A program made the translations under genes and the position numbers. Positions 61,585 to 64,000 of a stretch of 64,000 bases of DNA are shown here, one piece after another. Below the pieces are notes generated by a model. The model ran no database searches. It was given only the letters and a program-made list of their open reading frames with translations, and was not told the origin of the DNA. Numbering within the stretch: the stretch's first letter is position 1; each line of letters starts with the position of its first letter. Source of the DNA: Piedraia hortae CBS 480.64 (taxonomy: Eukaryota); NCBI GenBank assembly GCA_010093745.1, contig MU005957.1, forward strand, positions 558,001-622,000, in the 5' to 3' direction.

Positions 61585-62847
61585 TTAGGGCAAGGAGTCG
61601 CTCGTTGCCTCTGTTGGATCTGTAGTCGACGTTAGTATGTTCAATGGATCGGTAGGACAGTCCACTGAATCTTCAACACTAGTAGGGCTCTCTTCATCGA
61701 TAAGAGATTGCACAGATTGGGTGGGTACGCTGTCGTCTCGAGAGCACAGCGAAGGTATGGATATCGGTGGCTGCGGCGAATCTTGGGCGTTTTCCTGCAC
61801 ATTCCCATTATCCTTACCTGCCGCACGGTTCTGGATACTGTTCTTTTCTTGCACCGGTGCAGATTGATAATACTGAGTAAAAGGTGCCGTGAGCTGAACT
61901 GAAGAAGATAGATAGACAACCGGCCCCGGCACCGGCATAGGCCACGTTGGAGCAGGAGCATAGTATACGGGAAAATCGTAAGGTGGCATCCACGGACCAT
62001 GCACAACATTCACTGGATTGTAACGTCCGGTCGGTGAATGCGACGGAACTGCGATTGGAACAGCCGTGTTCGATCCAGCTGGCATCTGATATCCGGGATT
62101 CATGCTCCATACGGCCTGAGGCGGAATATACTGCATACCTTGCGCACAACGAACACCATGTCCCGGCACATGCTGATGTTGGTGCCAAGAAGGCACCGAA
62201 TACTCAACCACAGGCCCGCCTCGTTTCTGGGACTGGTTTTCACTTGACAAAGTACCAGATTCGCAGGCATCACCAGTTGATGTCAAAAGACCAGCCAGAG
62301 GTTGCGGTTCAGACACACGCTTACGGTTATGACTACAAGACACTCCAGCTTCCGGGGCATGGTTCCTGTGATGCTCATATTGGATTTCCACATAACTTTG
62401 CTCGAAACGGAGGCGAACATATCCTGGACAACTGCTGATTCTGTTTTCAATACAAGCAAAATTCATGCGCAGCATCGCTTCCTGCGTTGTCCATGCCTTG
62501 AGGATCTTGTATTTAAACCCATCTGCTGCCTCTATGGTGCGGACGATGGTTCGGCTGGCGGCTCGTTGCAATGCTTGGCGGTAAGTGCTTGGAGCGTTGA
62601 GAATATAACCTATTGAAGCAGTGGGTTTCTCGCCCATTAAGCGCAGGGCTAGTTCTTCTGCTTCTGTCAGTGTGCCCTTTTTTGCGCGCGGCAAGGACAC
62701 GACGGCTTCTTCGCTGAGCCGCCACTCGTTCGAGGTGTTGTGGGGGTTCGTCTGGATACCAAATCGCAACGCGACTGCAACGGCATCCAACGAATGGAAG
62801 GTGAGCACGTGGCTGTCTACGTTCATAATGGGAGCTGGGGCTGCCAT
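61585..62847 (-). CDS. Hypothetical protein with a putative WRKY/GCM-like Zn-binding DNA-binding domain and P/Q-rich tail
   Basis: 420-aa intact ORF; DGFKY..W..RMNFAC..CPGYVRLRF..VEIQYEH..H pattern. Confidence 0.6.
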   Translation of the reverse strand: MAAPAPIMNVDSHVLTFHSLDAVAVALRFGIQTNPHNTSNEWRLSEEAVVSLPRAKKGTLTEAEELALRLMGEKPTASIGYILNAPSTYRQALQRAASRTIVRTIEAADGFKYKILKAWTTQEAMLRMNFACIENRISSCPGYVRLRFEQSYVEIQYEHHRNHAPEAGVSCSHNRKRVSEPQPLAGLLTSTGDACESGTLSSENQSQKRGGPVVEYSVPSWHQHQHVPGHGVRCAQGMQYIPPQAVWSMNPGYQMPAGSNTAVPIAVPSHSPTGRYNPVNVVHGPWMPPYDFPVYYAPAPTWPMPVPGPVVYLSSSVQLTAPFTQYYQSAPVQEKNSIQNRAAGKDNGNVQENAQDSPQPPISIPSLCSRDDSVPTQSVQSLIDEESPTSVEDSVDCPTDPLNILTSTTDPTEATSDSLP

Positions 62848-63026
62848 TGCCGGACAATCGAGCTGTTCCTGCTGTGTATAATGCAGTGAGAAATAGCTCT
62901 TTTAGACATAACAGCCCGGTGACGGCGCTAACAGCACAGATGAACCATCCGCGCAGAGCAAATGAAACGCACAAAATAAGAGTTACGTATATACAACGCG
63001 CAGATCTGTCCTAAATCAAGTGCATC

Positions 63027-63764
63027 TCACAGCTCCTTTTCTTTGATGCCAGATGCTGGCACAGCGTCATGGACGATTAGCCCACCCACAGCCTTTTCTC
63101 CGCCTACAGCTTTGAACGTGTTGTAAAACAGCCATTCGGTCGCCCGTTCCACGGGCTCATCAAAGAGCCTTGGCAGCATTGGGACGACGCTCAGGCCAAG
63201 GCCTATTGGCCCCCATGTCCGAAGTCTCTGGTTTTTGACGTTCTTCATAGCGCGCCCGCTATATTTGACTACGCTGTGGATGGTCATGGCAGGAAGGCCC
63301 ATGGAGGCTATGGACTGGAAGATACCTCGCTGAACCACTACCGTCTGCCAGCGATCGAGGGGCGGAGTATAGGACGCCTCCTGATTTCGCTTGTAGGCTT
63401 TGAATCCCTCGTATCCAACGTCTCCAGCGATATATGCCCAGCTGATGCCGTACGCGGATTTGACAAGGTAGGGATGTGCAACCGGACGGAAAGACTCGCC
63501 AATGTCCGACGTATACGCCACGTAACGGTGAGCGCTGCGAAGAATGGTGCGCAAGTTGCGCGCGTACCCGGCATAGCGCACGTTGGATGAGGTGCTGTCA
63601 TCGGGCCTGTCAGAGCGGCTGCCAAAGAGCTCCCACCATCGCTCCTCGCTGTCGAGGGTTTTTTGGATCTCAGAAGGAAGCGAGGTGCGCGGTAAAGGTT
63701 TGGAGAAGTCAGGCTTCTCGTCCTGCTGGATTGTGGCGGCCTTGGTCGTGGTTGAGTCCGGCAT
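63027..63764 (-). CDS. MTFP1: Mitochondrial fission process protein 1 (MTP18 family)
   Basis: VRYAGYA..RYVAYTSDIGESFRPVAHP..AYGISWAY..FQSIASMGLPAMTIHSVV..GLSVVPMLPRLFDEPVE. Confidence 0.92.
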   Translation of the reverse strand: MPDSTTTKAATIQQDEKPDFSKPLPRTSLPSEIQKTLDSEERWWELFGSRSDRPDDSTSSNVRYAGYARNLRTILRSAHRYVAYTSDIGESFRPVAHPYLVKSAYGISWAYIAGDVGYEGFKAYKRNQEASYTPPLDRWQTVVVQRGIFQSIASMGLPAMTIHSVVKYSGRAMKNVKNQRLRTWGPIGLGLSVVPMLPRLFDEPVERATEWLFYNTFKAVGGEKAVGGLIVHDAVPASGIKEKEL

Positions 63765-63842
63765 GGTGGAAGACGTGAGGTCGGTCCGCGGAAGTCACAA
63801 GTTTCACATCTTCCACTTCCTGCAAACCAGCCCATACCCATC

Positions 63843-64000
63843 ATGGTCGCCTACTACGAGATTTTCGGCCAAAAGGTCGGTTCGCATGTCGTATGTATCT
63901 CTAGACCATCAATTGCGCCCTTTCTAACCGCAGCTAAGCTCTCCATGGCGGTGCTAGGCCTGCTCGGCGGCGGCATAACAATGGTCACGGGCGGTTCCAA
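63843..64000 (+). CDS. ATP19: ATP synthase subunit k, 5' part (intron 63891-63938; runs off the window)
   Basis: MVAYYEIFGQKVGSHV/LSMAVLGLLGGGITMVTGGS. Confidence 0.85.
   Translation, partial: MVAYYEIFGQKVGSHVVCISRPSIAPFLTAAKLSMAVLGLLGGGITMVTGGS

Noticed and set aside
1..64000. CRISPR arrays, rRNA, intact transposons or a secondary-metabolite cluster
   Set aside because: No repeat-spacer arrays, rRNA signatures, transposase/RT ORFs or PKS/NRPS genes seen; the DNA is eukaryotic

Overview
Gene-dense DNA from a filamentous ascomycete (Pezizomycotina-type GT..CTRAC..YAG introns, mostly 44-70 nt, and very short intergenic spacers; the species cannot be determined from sequence alone). About 30 protein genes are recognisable, mostly housekeeping: KRE9, a CAX exchanger, MRP51, GAL7, MCD4, VMA7, NPC2, SEC27, YIP4, ACB1, RPS17, SMC2, ARG2, COX13, ctf1A/farA, SAP30, ROT1, FAU1, SME1, MTR10, MLC1, HNT2, MTFP1 and ATP19. 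There is also an intron-containing tRNA-Arg(CCU). Gene-poor stretches (about 25-29.7 kb, 30.5-40.8 kb and 53.7-60 kb) hold decayed or lineage-specific sequence: two diverged importin-alpha-like ARM pseudogenes, a probable DUF3505/RecQ-element remnant, a TetX-like monooxygenase and a tandem pair of Clr2-N-domain genes. The most intriguing unexplained signals are (i) a roughly 230-nt, highly base-paired, possibly pseudoknotted minus-strand element at about 39.5-39.73 kb with Pol III A/B boxes and a T-run terminator, and (ii) repeated abrupt C-rich to G-rich strand-skew switches inside genes. All family assignments come from motif recognition by eye, not from database searches.
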